64,000 bases of DNA from Eledone cirrhosa (GCA_964016885.1 OZ024746.1:67270001-67334000); one strand, 5' to 3'; shown: positions 1 to 17,771, numbered from the stretch's first letter. The notes: generated from the sequence alone by a model not told the origin. Numbers and translations are program-made.

Positions 1-27
1 ATATATATATATAAGTATACATATATA

Positions 28-445
28 AACTCACTCGATATGCAAATTAGGATGCTCAGCCGTTAATATGCATAAGGGAAGTATATACTTTCAGACGTTC
101 AACTATCTGGCAGGAAGGTATACGATGCTGACGATAGCTAATAAGCTTGAAACTAGTACATCGTTCCTGTGTCAATGTTGAACAAAAAGGTGACGTTGTT
201 GCCTAAACACTGTATGGCGTAATTCGGGCTGTTTGTTTGTTTACAAACAAACAAACCGAGCATTATAATAAATGTTCGGTAAACCGATACGTGCATATAT
301 ATATATGTATGCATGTATGTATATATATACATACTACTGTACGTCTGAATACATATATGTACGTATACATACATACATACTTACATTTAAGTAAGTGCAG
401 TACTAAGAGTGAGAAATGAAATTTCGTTTCATTCTATTCCATTTA
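28..445 (+). mobile_element. PLE-like terminal repeat (family G), copy 1, with hammerhead ribozyme
   Basis: Highly similar to 51171-51690; flanked by (TA)n; contains a complete hammerhead core at 122-164. Confidence 0.7.
122..164 (+). ncRNA. Minimal type I hammerhead ribozyme
   Basis: ACGATG-CTGACGA-tAGCTaataAGCTt-GAAA-CTAG-TA-CATCGT: 6-bp stem I, intact core, palindromic minimal stem III (ACTAGT), GUA cleavage triplet. Confidence 0.85.
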
Positions 446-551
446 TATATATATAAATATATATATAAGCGTCGTTCTTCATTTTAATGCAATGTTTATT
501 CAAATGTTAGGTATGTCATACAGTATTTATTCAAATGTTAGGTAACTCAAA

Positions 552-696
552 CTGGACTAGTCCAGAAATAGCCGTCGAAAATACTTGAACTCTGCCGTAG
601 TGTTTAAACCTTTTCCTATTACCCACTCTACTACCTTAAGTATTGAGTACTCTGGTGCGTTATGGTCCATTTGGTACCTTACCACACTTCCTTCGT

Positions 697-698
<2 letters not shown>
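552..698 (+). mobile_element. PLE family A terminus (diverged copy)
   Basis: Matches tagccgtcgaaa...cctattacccactctact...ttccttcgtta, seen in seven other copies; starts at small palindrome ctggactagtccag; followed by (TA)n. Confidence 0.75.
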
Positions 699-727
<29 letters not shown>

Positions 728-1889
728 GATGATGTGATCCGTTGCAGAGATGCCATGAAATAGCTTATAAAATATGGTGAAGACCCTTAGGAGTCGAAAA
801 AAGGAATCGATATCTGGGAGATATAAGTTTCAATTCCTCATAACGGCCGGTGGCAATCTCATTTTCCATCTTTTATTGGTCTTCATCCTATTTTATAGCA
901 TTCCTAGCATATCTGCGCATGAGCATACACACACACGTATATATATATTTATATATATATATATAATATCAGAGCTTTAAATTCCAAAAGATCGGCTTCG
1001 TATATTGTTTGTTAATATATAAAGTGGCATATCTTGAAGAGTTTACTACAGCTAAACCTCTACCTGAACACAAGAAATGAAACGTTTAAAGCGTACAAGC
1101 ATAGCTTAAATATCCTGTTGTCTTTCTGGTCACTACAAGGAGTCGCAGAAAATGACGCGCAACCAAACTACTATGAAATATTATAACAAAAATATAAATT
1201 ACTATAAATTAAACTGATGATTAAATTAAGGGCTTAAAGTAGAATACAATGTTTGTCATTATAGTGTTTAACTGTGCTATAAGGCTTTTATAGAAAGGTA
1301 TAAGCGAAGTGTCACGGTGGAATATTTCGATATAAATGGAATGTGCAGTGTGAGTCTTGGATTGTCGGAATGGTCCAAACAGCTTGCCGCGGACAGCATT
1401 GAAACCAATCGAGGTTATCCGACAACGTGTCTAACCGATAAGAGGCTATTAGTGAGTGAGGCAAATTATTAAATAGGGTGATTCTTAATACTATAGACTG
1501 AGCCAAAGTACTTTTTAAAAAAAAATTATAATAAATACATAAAGATAAATTAAAGGAAATTAAATTTAAGTATGGCCAGAATCGTAAAGATCTAAGGTTA
1601 GATATAATAAGAAATAAATGAAAATGAAACAACCATCATACAAAATAAAATAAAAAGAATAGAAAACAAACACTGGATTACTTGGGTTTTACTCTTAAAA
1701 TTCACCTCCCCCAAGGCACAAGCCTGGACAACGTCTTTACTAGAAGAGCAGCAGTGACACATACATACAAATGCCCCCTCTCCATGCCAACGATGTTGTC
1801 CAAGGGAAAGGCAAGGGTCGATACACATTGGTACTAGTGACATCGCAGCTAATTTCTCCAGTTGAGTGAACAAAAACAACGTGATATAA

Positions 1890-1992
1890 GGTCTTTCTCA
1901 ACAACACAATACATCTTCCGATCCAATACATCGAACTCACAATATCACGATTATAAATAGAACTGTGTAACCACTAGGCCACATGCCTTCAC
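1890..1992 (-). mobile_element. Degenerate tRNA-derived SINE (type 2) 5' part
   Basis: Reverse complement gaaggcatgtggcctagtggtta...gtgagttcgat resembles the A/B-box head of the SINE at 7611-7830. Confidence 0.5.
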
Positions 1993-2696
1993 GTTTATAG
2001 ACAATGTACTTGAAATATGATTTTCTTTGGATATACACTATGACGTCATGTTAGATTATGCCAGTTTCAGTCACGAGCTATGACCATATAATAATATACA
2101 TATAGATGATTAGCAATTGATTATTATAACTGATAGAGTACATTCCACAACCATTTTGATTAGTAACGTGGTACATTTGTTTATTGATTGGTGATTGACA
2201 GCAAATCGATTCTCCATCAGATAAAACAATACTGAAAGATATGAACTCATATGATGTACTCATTCCTTATTAAATTTACTATATATATATATAAAGGTTC
2301 ACATTTCCAATCTTTGCTAGAATTCTATATAAGAATTATTGTTAACTTTCTAATACAAGATTAACGGCACTAATATATGGATACACAAACACACACAAAT
2401 GCATATATAGAAAGAATATGATTAGACGAGCCTCAAAAGCCTTATCTGGTGCTCGTGTAAGCACGCTGGCGAATCCACAGACTAAGAACTCTTATCAATT
2501 AGCCACAGTAAATTATAATGTTTTACACACATATACACATACATATATATATAAACTATGAATATGTATACACATACACCACATATGTATCTGTGTAAAA
2601 GGTAAAGAGGGATAACAAAGCAAGCGACGTATGTATATATATATATATATACGATATATTAACAAATGGAAACTATATTTATAAAACCATATTTAT

Positions 2697-2755
2697 TTCA
2701 TTATACATATTTCAAGGATACCAAGTCAAATTATGGTGCGCTTTCATCAGATAAA
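2697..2755 (-). ncRNA. Type I hammerhead ribozyme (slightly degenerate) in a PLE-like fragment
   Basis: Reverse complement TTTAT-CTGATGA-[imperfect hairpin]-GAAA-T-ATGT-A-TA-ATGAA. Confidence 0.6.
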
Positions 2756-2831
2756 TTATAATATAGATCAGTTTTATAAATAAATATTGACATACCCTTA
2801 AAGAATTCGACCATTTCTGTTGGAAGCTCCC

Positions 2832-3840
<1,009 letters not shown>

Positions 3841-4008
3841 CATATATATATACTTACATATAAATATACATATACATGTATATATGTGTATATATATGTA
3901 TACATATATATATATACATACATATATATACACACACACATATATATATATATATACATATTTATATATATACAACTATATACATACATATGTATATATA
4001 TGTATATA

Positions 4009-4120
<112 letters not shown>

Positions 4121-4321
4121 AAACATCACGAGCGCTCTAAATCAAAATTATTTTTGAAAAGCATTAGAAATGCGCAACCGGTAAAAAATTAAAACTAAAA
4201 CTGAATACTAACCAATACTTATTACTAATTTATTGTTATTCCTAATTAAACTATATTTTACTAATATATACGTATATATCTACATATATATATACACATA
4301 TATATATGTATATATATGGTT

Positions 4322-4353
<32 letters not shown>

Positions 4354-4359
4354 ATGGTT

Positions 4360-4413
<54 letters not shown>

Positions 4414-4424
4414 GCATACATATA

Positions 4425-4790
4425 TGGTGGGTGCCAACTCGTTTTCGAGTACGGCCACTACTTTATATCCATGTAGGAGAACCCCTACTGATGCGCTGAA
4501 CGAGTGAGACTTTTTAGTCCAACCAGCGACTTGAAAACTCTGGTACAAACAATACACCTGTGACAATTATTGACACATAGTGCTGGGCCCATGGTACCAT
4601 GTGACGACAAGTGCAGAGAGATCTCCAGATATAAAGCAATGCCTGTGCCGTGAAGCTTTTATAGTGATCAAAGGCACTGCACAAACCCAGTCCCACTTTC
4701 TTAACCAAGATGATATTTACCAAAAAGAACATCATTGGATACCATCAGGGTTGCAGGTGTTATATCAGAGTTTTCCTTCTCCTATATATG
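4425..4790 (+). pseudogene. Possible degenerate C-terminal PLE endonuclease fragment
   Basis: Translation ...CLCREAFIVIK...FLNQDD...HHW resembles the 'R..KEAI.I...LNRD.G...W' end of Penelope/Poseidon GIY-YIG domains; flanked by (TA)n. Confidence 0.3.
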
Positions 4791-4824
4791 GGAGTGTGTG
4801 TGTGTATGAGTGTGTACACACACA

Positions 4825-4882
<58 letters not shown>

Positions 4883-5171
4883 TATATATATATATGTGTG
4901 TATGTGTGTTAGTGTGTGTGTGTGTTGTATGTATATGTGTGTGTAATGAACTTACAGTAATAGAAATACACTGTAGAAAATTGAATTTTCATCCTTTGGA
5001 TTACTTCCAAGAACGTAATATAAGGCTGGTGGTCTGTGTAATATTCAGATAATATATAGTAATATTATAAGACTGAATTATTCAAGGAAGTTCATATTTG
5101 TAATCATATTTAAACGGATCACCATCTACACTTACACAACCGCAATGTTCCTAACAGCCTAGTATCTACCA

Positions 5172-5202
<31 letters not shown>

Positions 5203-5239
5203 CACATCTACGCATAAGCACATAACTACTTACACACAC

Positions 5240-5990
<751 letters not shown>

Positions 5991-7610
5991 ATTTGTGTAT
6001 GTCTGTCCCTCTCCGTGTACGTGATTATGCATCTTTATATAAAGTATAAGCTTTTTTCATCGATTTGTTATACGATATTTGAAATCTTCTCAGTCTTCAA
6101 CTTAAAAGCAATCAAGATATTTATATTGTCACTGATGTAGTGATGCCGATGGTAGTGTTGAGGTGGGTTTTGAGCCTTGTGAGGTATACATTAATATTAT
6201 TATAGTTGCTAATGTTGTGGTCCTTTGTGTTGTTGCTGTTGTTGTTATCACGATCACCATAGTCTTCATTATTACCACAGTTGCTTTTTTATAAAAGATA
6301 ACTCGTATTACTAACACCAAGAAAATAATAATAATAATGGTTTTCGATTCAGGTTCAAAGCCAACAACTTTAGGTGAGACAGAAGTCGATGAAATCGATC
6401 CGAATCGTGACGGATATTTTTTAATGTTAATGATACCGTAAGAATGAAAGGCTGAGCTAAAGTCGGCGGAATTTGAACACAGAATTGAAGAGAAGTGACT
6501 ATATGTCGCAAAGCATGTTGTCCCATGCATTACAGATACTGTCAGTCCACCACCCTTATAAAACATGTTAATATAAAATCCAAATAACACGACTAATGAA
6601 TCCCCAATTTCAGGACAAATGCATAGGGAAATTCTAGCACCCCAGTCACAACGGCTGTTTACTGTGAAACACAAGAGGCAAATGCTTTTCTCAGTTTTTG
6701 TAGTCAGTATATAGTTTACTATTTACCCACGACTGTTTCAGAAAATTCACATGAGGGAAGCATCCCATATTTATCAAACCCCGAGGGATGAAGAACAATA
6801 TTGTTCTTGGTAAGATTTGAACTCAGAACAGAAAAAACCGGCTGAGTCACCACAAATCATTATGTCCAGTGCTCTAAGTATTTTTTCAATCTGCCGTACT
6901 AATAATCACAGTAGCGCCGTCGAAAATATTGATGGAAATGAAACATAACATCAACATTTCTCCGCTACATGTACTGTAATCTGTTGTGTTATCGATTATG
7001 TACTATCGTATATAAGTTGCAAAGGTGAGTACATTATCTATCAATTTGGTATTTCTGCTGAAATGTTAAATGGACAACTAATAAATCAATAAGAGGAATG
7101 ATATTAACCACACCAGCCCCAAAAAATAAATGTATATATAAAAAAATATATATATATTAAAAACGATTTTCAACATAATGTAGCTGGATCATTTGTTCCA
7201 ATGAACAAACAGAAAAAGTGGGAAAACAAAAACAATTACAATTCGGTTATAGAAAGATATGGAATACTAAAATAGGAATTAAGAAAATGGAAAGACAAAC
7301 GGTGTACAAGTGAGAACACTGAGCAAATACTCTTGCAAACACTCTAGTATATAGATATATATATACATATACATATATATACATATACATATACATATAT
7401 ACATATACATATATATATATATACATATATATACATATATATATATACATATATATGCATATACATATATATATATACATATATATGCATATACATATAT
7501 ATATATACATATATATGCATATACATATATATATATACATATATATGCATATACATATATATATATACATATACATATATATATATATATATATATACAT
7601 ATATATATAA

Positions 7611-7830
7611 AAGGAACGATCGACTTTCGTCAAATCGGACCGAGGGAACAATGTTTCCGTTGGTCTTTCCAATTGCTAATACTATCTATCGGTCGCAACT
7701 CCAGGTAGAAGGAACAACGTGAAATAAAGTGTCTTGCTCTAGGACATAACGCATCGCCTGATCCAGGAATCGAACTCACAACCTTACGATTGCGAATCCG
7801 ATTCTCTAACCACTCAGCCACACGCCTTCA
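7611..7830 (-). mobile_element. tRNA-derived SINE (type 2)
   Basis: Reverse complement gaaggcgTGTGGCTGAGTGGttagag...gtgaGTTCGATTCCtgg...gtcctagagcaagacactt: Pol III A and B boxes followed by a conserved SINE body; fragments also at 57478-57497 and 59439-59490. Confidence 0.8.
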
Positions 7831-8590
<760 letters not shown>

Positions 8591-9909
8591 ATCCTGAGGA
8601 CATCTAAAGAAGTGAGCAGTCAACACAGGACTTAGAAGATGAGTAGATTTACATTATTCGTTTAACATTACCAAACAAACGTTTCACATTACATGGCCTG
8701 TAAATAAGACCTGCCCCTTCACTAGCAATTAAACTGCGTTACGTGCATCGGCTCTCTAGCGAAGCGACATCAGTTTATGATAACCCTTATGAAACATGTC
8801 ATGCAGCGTGTTGTCTATGTCGACTGCATACCTTAAATATCTCGTATAACGTTACCAACTAATGCAACCACTTTTCTGAAAACGCCCGTTCACCAGTGTC
8901 TTCATTTCAAATTTCCTGTATTTGTTTCATCGCATCTGGAAGCTGGTCGCATTCAAGGACATTAAAGCATTTGATATTGCTATATGAAGCTGTTCTCCGC
9001 CACCATTTGATTTGTTTTTTTAATTTTATTTTTAGATATTCAGAATGATTCTATGGTCAACATTATTAAAGATTTTAGCGAAATCAAGGTAAGTACTGTC
9101 AAACATAGATCCAAAGAGCAGATTCCAAGATTTTGTTCTGTTATTGTGCAAGCTGTATGATATTGTTTCATTCGGGTGGATGCTCTGTTGCAACTGAAAA
9201 GCATCTACTCTTCTATATAGTATATTATCCTTCTGCAGATGTTAGACTCCGCCGGGACTTTTCAAAAGTAGGATATCAAGACGAATGTCCTAAAAGACCT
9301 CGCAGTGTATGAGCTGCATTGTGCGTGCGAAATCAACAACGTGGCTTCCACAAAATGCAACTTTATATCCGAATACTCGAACAATTTGAAAAAAGCGCAG
9401 TATTTCAATACAGAGATATGTGGAAGAAGAATACTCACAATATTACTTGAGAAGCAGTCGACCTGAGAATAGTGGAGGCCTATTTGTTTAGGAAGCAGGT
9501 CCTTACTCTAAACTGTTGGAGTGAACCGGGTACAGGGAAACACTTATTGAAGAAGGATCATACAACCCGGAACCGCTCAATATCAAGTGAACAAGACTAA
9601 CACAGCAACAAGGCTCGTAGACTGTAGCCAAGTGATCGTTCACGGTAACTATATTAACAATAATACTAACACTAAAGCTAATCCTAATTTTAACTCTACA
9701 CCTAATATATCTCATACCATTCTACATCTTTCTACACCTCTACCTTCACCTAAACGAACAATAAAACAAACAAATGTATACCATTTTTAAACAAGTTTTA
9801 TCTAATTTATTGTATTTATTACATTCTTGGTTTTCCATCTCCACTCCCTATAGTTTACTTTTCTTGTTTTGCCCTGAACCACATGCACTACGGAAAAAAA
9901 TGTACTTGC

Positions 9910-9965
<56 letters not shown>

Positions 9966-10980
9966 GTGTGTGTGTGTGTGTGTGTGTGTGAGAATAAAAG
10001 ATTGGAAAACCAGATTATTTCAAATAGACTAAATGAAAAACAGTTAAATAGAAAAATATTTAGCCCAAAAGAAATATCAGAATAGTACATCTGCAAACAC
10101 AAATAGATTTGGTAGTACATATAACACTCCATGCATATTCATACATGCATAGCTACACACATATACATACATACATATATATATACACACATATATATAT
10201 TATATATATACCCATATATATATTCCCATATATATATATATTTATATACCCTTATACACAAACATATATATATATATATACATACATACATATATATATA
10301 TACATACACATATATATATTATATATATACCCATATATATATTCCCATATATATATATTTATATACCCTTATATATTTTATACATGAATTTGTACACTGA
10401 GAGAGTCGGTGGCGAACTTCCAGGGAAAGACAGAGAATTAAAGACGGGAAAAAAAGCAGTAGACGATACTTTAGTTTTCTTTTACTGCTATTTTCAGTGT
10501 AATTATTCGACAATAAATTGACAGGAGAGTTAACCTTTACCTAATTGGCGATAGAATAGAAGTACAGAGCAGTATCTGAACGCAAGTCATTTAAATAGAC
10601 ATTGATTTCTTTCCTTCTAAATAACATTCTTAAATACTCCTCGATATCGTTGAAGCAGTGTTTGAAGATTTATGGTTAAATCAGAATGATTAAGCGCTGA
10701 GTGATCTTCGGCCCTTCACAAACTTAATTTTATTTTTATTTTAGTCCAATTATACATGCTGTATATACCATTGGCTGAAATTCGAGCACACTGTCAATGC
10801 ATCTATTAAGCCACTTCCCCGATTTTAAGTATAGCGTCTGTATGTTCTGTTTCCCTCAGGTATGAATTGGACGTACGTATAGCGTCAATCGTGAAGCGTA
10901 AAACATTTAATGCCATTCCTATGGATACAGAGCACTGTTCATGACAGGATTCCTTCCGTCACTCCGTGAAATGATTACTC

Positions 10981-11026
<46 letters not shown>

Positions 11027-13694
11027 TGTTTTTCAAACATATATACTGTTTAATATATATATATTCTGATATTTGACCCGTAAAGTTTTGGCAAAGTCGC
11101 ATTATATTGGATATATCCAGTGGTAACTGAAGTTACGGGCTAGCATACAATTCATCTGGATAATATTCGTTTACATAAATATATGTTTCGGTTGATATAA
11201 GAACCACTTTATAATATGTAACAATAGCTCTATATGCATCTTCTATAAAGTACAATGTACTATTCCAATATACTGAAAATGTAACTTGGATTTGTTCATG
11301 TTTTCACTTGACAACGTTAGTTCTTCTGTCATTGAGAGACATATATACAGTGGAGCCTTCTGTAACCCATTTTCTGGCGGTCTGTTTGTTATTGGCTCTA
11401 ACCTTTAGCCAAGGTCAGCTTTGATCTATTAGATATATATTTTAAGACAATTCAAATAGCGTTCATCCCTCTTTTTGTTATTATTAATAATCTATTTAGG
11501 TTCACACTGAATGTGTTATATTTTCAAGTCGTTAGTGTCATGTCTGGGATGTTGGGCCTCGATTCACTGCTGGGTGAGCGATGACATTGAGTCTACCTCT
11601 TTCATTGTATGTCCAAAGTAAAAGGTGAATTACATTATCTACCAAAATGTGCCGTTTATGTTTACCTTGGATAGTTAATCAATGAGAAATGATGGATTGA
11701 CGGCCCAATGTATAATTCGCTTGTGAGGGCCGATATTATCAGGAAAAAGTATGTATTGTATTTCAATGTGAACGTCTATAATATAATAGTAAAAAGTGAG
11801 ACAAGGAAATGTATGTGTATACAAAAAGTGATTTGTATAGATGCTGGTTTTTGAAATGTAGATTATAGCACGGTGTGGAAATTACATCCTGTCGATAGTT
11901 CGATAATCGCACAATATTTATTATATATCCATCAAATAACATTGCCTGCATATTTTAAGTGTAGAAGTGTCTATAGAAAGCCTAGAATAATAAAAAAGCA
12001 AAGTTAGGTCCCGAGCATGCTAACGAGAAAAATACAATTTCAGCAGTGAATTAAGAATGTATCAAAGCTGCGCTCAATTCTATACAATGTTATCTCTGGA
12101 TACTTCATGGTAAACAAACTAAGTCTCTACACTATTTACAATGAACCAAATTCAATCTGGACATGTTTGATTTGATTTAGGTTACATGGAGAATTAGATA
12201 TCTGTAATATATTGGAAATCAACGAAGCTTAACATGCTCTCTCTCATCATCAATAAAGTAACTTTTGACTACTAAAAATATCATTTTGAATGGTAAATGA
12301 AAGGCGCTAACCGAGCAACGAAGCTGTAAAAGTACATATAACCACGCAAGGTCAACTACTGTCCAATTGTCAGTTCTTATTACATTAATGGTTTTTGTAT
12401 ATTAGCTTCTGCCATATATTATCAGGAAAGAAATATTAAGATCAGTGAAATATATTTTTTCATAGGTATATTTGCATGTCTAGACATATTTTACTGTCTT
12501 ACTGTCTTTCAGACATTAATGTTCAGCTAATTAATTTGTTCAGACGTTGTCAATATACAACATATCAGATATAGTAACTAAACATTTCTAAGACTGCGTA
12601 ATTATTCACTTTATCCCTTACCATCTATCTCCATTCTCCCACTCTCTCTCTGCTCCCTTACCGCCCCCCTCTGACTTCCGTTTTCCTTCGTCTCTCCCTC
12701 GTTGCGGCTGTTCTCGCTATGAGCAGACGTCTTTCTCTTTGCTCTCCCTCGTGATGTTAATACGGATTCAGGACTTACCTTCAGTCTCCTTTTAAACTTC
12801 TACCTCTCTCCCATCGGTTACTGCAACTTACATGTACTACTGTCTCGTGTTTTCCCCTCTCTAGCGGTGTCTTTCTCTTTTATTTATTTTATTTTTCTGT
12901 CGTTCTCTTCGCTATCGTCTCTGTTTTTTTGTTGTTTTGTTCCCTGATAATATTTCTTTTAATTATCGACGCACTATGGTGAGATGTACTGTCTTTAATT
13001 CGTCAAAACAGCCCACAGCAGGAAGCCGTAGAGCGGAAATTGTCTTTATGTTTCTGTTACGTTTTCTATAAATATATATATGTGTGTGTGTGTGTGCGCG
13101 CGCGCGCGTGTGTGTAAGTATACACGCACAGACACATGGATACATATATATAAATATAGATAGAAGTGTATATTTATATATATGTGTTTGTGAGTGTGTG
13201 CACGCGTGTATCTGTTTGCACGTGTGTGCTTGTGTATGCGCATGGTTATTCGCGAGTTTGAGTTCATAGTCATGTTTTACATAAACTTCTTTGTTCTGGT
13301 TTTACAACAAAATCTTTATTATATTTCCTATCTTAAATGTCGTTTATATAGATTATAAGTGGAGACTGCAGTATTCAATAAACAACCTTCCTTCTATAAA
13401 TGCTATACCCACCCTTCTGATTCAGATATTTCTATTACTTTTTCAAATATCAAGAATGTATATGATTCAAAGATTTGTATTTGATTAAGCTTAATCTATA
13501 TACGTATATGTACAGGATTACTTCAAAATTTTCTAAACTGAGCATAAAGTATGGTTTACTGCTTATAGGTCGGTACTCTTTTATTAAGAATATAATAACA
13601 TCTTCAAAATATACACTTGAACATTTCCGTTCGTGTAACACAATGACTATATGAAATGATATATATATATGTGTGTGTGTATGTGTGTGTGTAT

Positions 13695-13730
<36 letters not shown>

Positions 13731-15434
13731 GTGTGCGTGAATATATATATATATATGTAATACATAAATATTCATATGTATATATATTTATTTATATATT
13801 CATATATATATATGTATATATATATATGTGTGTGTGTGTAAATATATATATATATTCATATGTATATATGTATATATTTATATATTCATATATATATTAT
13901 GTTATATGTATTATATTATATTATATTATATTATATATGTGTACATACACACACACACACGCACACACACATATATATATATATATGTGTGTGTGTATAT
14001 GTGTGTGCGTCTATGTATAATATCATATCATATTATATTGTATTAAATCATACTATATTACATTATATTATATTATATTATATATTTGTGTGCGTGCCTG
14101 TTTCTCTGTGTACGTGTTTGTGTGCGTGCCTGTTTCTGTGTGTACGTGCCTGTTTCTGTGAGTACGTGTATGTGTACACGAGAAGTGTACATTTTTACAT
14201 TTCATTAAAAAAGGAAACATGCGGAATTGTCTTAATAATTCAGAGTATGTTCATTTTCTGATGAAATCAAATGAGGTTATCTCTTCATTTTTCTTTACAA
14301 TGAATAATTCATATTCATAGTTTTTAATCAATTCTTTTCGTATTGTTTTCTTCTTGATTCTGTTGATCGTATTGTCTAAATTTCCATTCCATAATGTAGT
14401 ATAGTGTTAATTATTCTTAATTTTAATTCGTCCTGCTGAACTGCCACCAGAATCCTATGAATTCCTATTTGACTTAATGATTTGCCTAATACTATCAATA
14501 TAGTATTCACACATAGAAACTGTCCAGGCGGAAAGATATTTCTTGATCTGATCTGATCTAGGAAAAATATATCGGGTAACCTGACCGAATTTTGATAACA
14601 ATGTCACTCTCATAGTAGCGGGTAGTTGCAAAAATGGAAAAAGTATTACAAATTTTCTGTCGAGCAGAGACACTCTCTTGTAAAGAATGAGCTATTTTCT
14701 TTTTTACATATTCACATACAAAACAAACCCTCACGTTATTGTTATCTCTTACAAATCGTCCAATATATTGCATATACGCTAGAAACAACTAACTTCAATT
14801 TTTTTCTTTAATATCTCAGATACATACCGACAGCTAGCTTCGAAAGAGTAAAAATAAATTAAAAGTGAAAAGGTTTGGAAAGAAACTCTAATTGACCATC
14901 CTACAATATTTATTTTCAATGAGGTAATGTTGAATCACAATGCTGAATTCTATTAAAATTCCTCTAATGTTGAATCGACATTGCTTTTCCCAACCGAATG
15001 TCCCAAATAAACCCAATTTTCTGTGCACAAATTCTGCTGTTCCACGAAATAAGGTGTCTCTTAAGTAAATATATTTAAATATTATTAGGTGATATTTTAT
15101 GAAAAATTTGAAAATCAACACCAGTTTCTGGTTTTGGTTTTATTTAATATATATTTTCATTTAAAGAAATTATGCTGTAAAAATATATATAGATAGGAAT
15201 TCCGGAAAGTTTCGAATTTTATCAGAGGGCTTTGTGACAAAATATATACTAAATACATTTCTTCAGTTTGAATTATTCGGTAAGTTTGTGGCAGACTGGT
15301 TCTTATATCTAAACGTAAAAGATATTTGTGCGATTTCAGTCTTACTAAAATCTGACACTTATATTTGATCAAACGAAATTTTTACGCGTTTTCACATATT
15401 TTGTATCTGTATGTATGTGTATATATACTGTATG

Positions 15435-15520
<86 letters not shown>

Positions 15521-15668
15521 ATGCCTGATTAAATGTAAACAATAGATTACATATTCGTAGGTAAAATGTGATAATTTATTAAGGTATTTATAAAGAATGC
15601 TTTAAAAAATATTTTGAATCACGTCAAATATACATACATAAATGTATACATATATATATTTATATATA

Positions 15669-15731
<63 letters not shown>

Positions 15732-15766
15732 CGAGGAATCAGTGATGCATCAAAACACGATTTATC

Positions 15767-15860
15767 AACATATTACGAAATTTTTTTCGACGATCACCTC
15801 AAGGCAGGATCTATTACAGAGCGAACCTGACTCTGCATTCGCAAGGTCATCAGATATGTT
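15767..15860 (-). ncRNA. Hammerhead-like ribozyme with enlarged stem II (left arm)
   Basis: Reverse complement AACATAT-CTGATGA-[~58 nt]-GAAA...TA-ATATGTT; stem III region degraded. Confidence 0.5.
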
Positions 15861-15894
15861 TAGCGCTTTCAAAGCATTTTATCCGAAAGCACTA

Positions 15895-15986
15895 AATATA
15901 TCTGAGGACCTGGTGATTGCAGAGACAGGTTCGATCTATAATAGATCTTGCCTTGAGCTGATCGTCGGAAAAACATGTAATATATT
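15895..15986 (+). ncRNA. Hammerhead-like ribozyme with enlarged stem II (right arm)
   Basis: AATATAT-CTGAGGA-[branched hairpins]-GAAA(AA)-CATG-TA-ATATATT; two extra A's after GAAA. Confidence 0.55.
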
Positions 15987-16122
15987 AATAAATTGTGTTT
16001 TGATGCATCACCGATTGCTCGTTATATATTCTGCTCTGCGCAAGCATCGAGTGCTCAAACGGCATACCGCCTACGGACGCATTTATTGCAACCATACAAC
16101 ACCTGTATAATCTATATATATG

Positions 16123-16239
<117 letters not shown>

Positions 16240-16741
16240 GGTAAACAGAAATAACAACACAATCGGTACAGTATATGGAAGAGATATATTAGGTTACCGC
16301 TTGATTCGCCTAATACTATCAGGGAGAGGGGGTCTTAACGTTTCGGATGCTAGTCCTTCTTCAGAGGAAAAAATTAGAAATAACATAGATTGACGGGACA
16401 GGCGGGATAGAATTGGAAAATATATCTTTAGATAAAAATAACAGACCCATTCATGTTGACAATCTCTTGCAAATACATGCACACATACAAACATACAAGC
16501 ATATATACCTACATTTATGTATATAAATGTTGTTTGTGTGTGTTGTTATTTATCGTAACAACAATGAATTCGAGAAAATAAGTACCAGTCAGTAATACTG
16601 GGTTCGATGTGATCAAACAAATCAAAATGATGCCCCAACAAAAGTGTAGTCTAGTGTCTGAGAACCGTAAATCAGTATGGAGTATGTAAGTATATATCTT
16701 CAAATTTATTATTATTACTCTATATATATATATATATAATA

Positions 16742-17174
16742 TAAGATCAAAAGATTGTTAAAAGAGTTCCATGTAGTTTATTATGCGCATTTCAAAAACA
16801 AATATCATCATGCGATGACATTTGCCTTTTCGTCAGATAAAATAGGGAGACATGATATGAAGGTTAAAAAACTCTTGTGAATAGTGCAGATTTAAATCAA
16901 CATATGAAAAGTAGTTTAAGATTGATGTGTGATATTGGGAAAATAAATGAGGTGGGGGGGGGGGTGAAAGAGAGGAGGAGATGAGAGTAAAGAATGAAGG
17001 AGGAGGAGTATAATAAGGAAGGATGAGATAGGAGGAAATATGGGTGGTAGTGATGGAACTCTTTAACCATCTTTTGATCTTATATTATTTATATTCCAGT
17101 CCTACAAACTGTAGAGTGCTTCTTATCCGATATCTGCATTGCTTTATTGTACTACAATAAAACTCACCTCCTAC

Positions 17175-17176
<2 letters not shown>
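16742..17176 (+). mobile_element. PLE-like element family D, copy 1 (long inverted arm, short forward arm, tail)
   Basis: Homologous to 21423-21858; hammerhead on minus strand; flanked by (TA)n. Confidence 0.75.
16777..16841 (-). ncRNA. Type I hammerhead ribozyme (family D)
   Basis: Reverse complement TTTAT-CTGACGA-[long hairpin caaatgtcatc/gatgatatttg]-GAAA-T-GCGC-A-TA-ATAAA; palindromic GCGC loop. Confidence 0.8.
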
Positions 17177-17221
<45 letters not shown>

Positions 17222-17582
17222 GTGCGCGTGCATGTGTGTGAGGCTGGGTCGTATGTGCATATATATGTGTGTGTATAAGGTGATATGCTGCATCACTGAG
17301 TCTTTTAACAGAATAATCTGTGACTGATTAGTATATTTATTAAACTAAATTTCTATGCACATCAATCACGAGAGAACAAATAAGTATTGAGAAAAAATAT
17401 CAGCTTATGTATAACCTTACTAGTTTACATGGAAAGCAACCAATGTTAAATGGATTACCTGTCTTCATGGTGGTTATGTTTTTAGTTGTATGTCTAGACA
17501 AAACTATACATTTATAACAGAAAATGATACCAAATTCGTGATGGTATGCTTGTAATCGGAGTTGAAGTTTGATGTGATTTAA

Positions 17583-17660
<78 letters not shown>

Positions 17661-17671
17661 ATGTATATATT

Positions 17672-17708
<37 letters not shown>

Positions 17709-17771
17709 ATATATGCCTATTTGTATACAGCTATGCCTGAAGCCAAATCCTATTTATATATGTATATATAT

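Larger units (their letters stand above)
15730..16108 (+). mobile_element. PLE-like fold-back element (family B) with two hammerhead-like arms and a tail
   Basis: Imperfect inverted repeat 15730-15870 / 15885-16023, then unpaired tail; tail shared with 54360-54515; flanked by (TA)n. Confidence 0.75.

Noticed and set aside
6129-6674. 181-aa minus-strand ORF
   Set aside because: Low-complexity trinucleotide-rich sequence plus SINE-like debris, no canonical start or domain
8830-10980. Possible old CR1/L2-type LINE remnants (8830-9240, 10560-10980)
   Set aside because: Only vague motif resemblance by eye; needs a profile-HMM search
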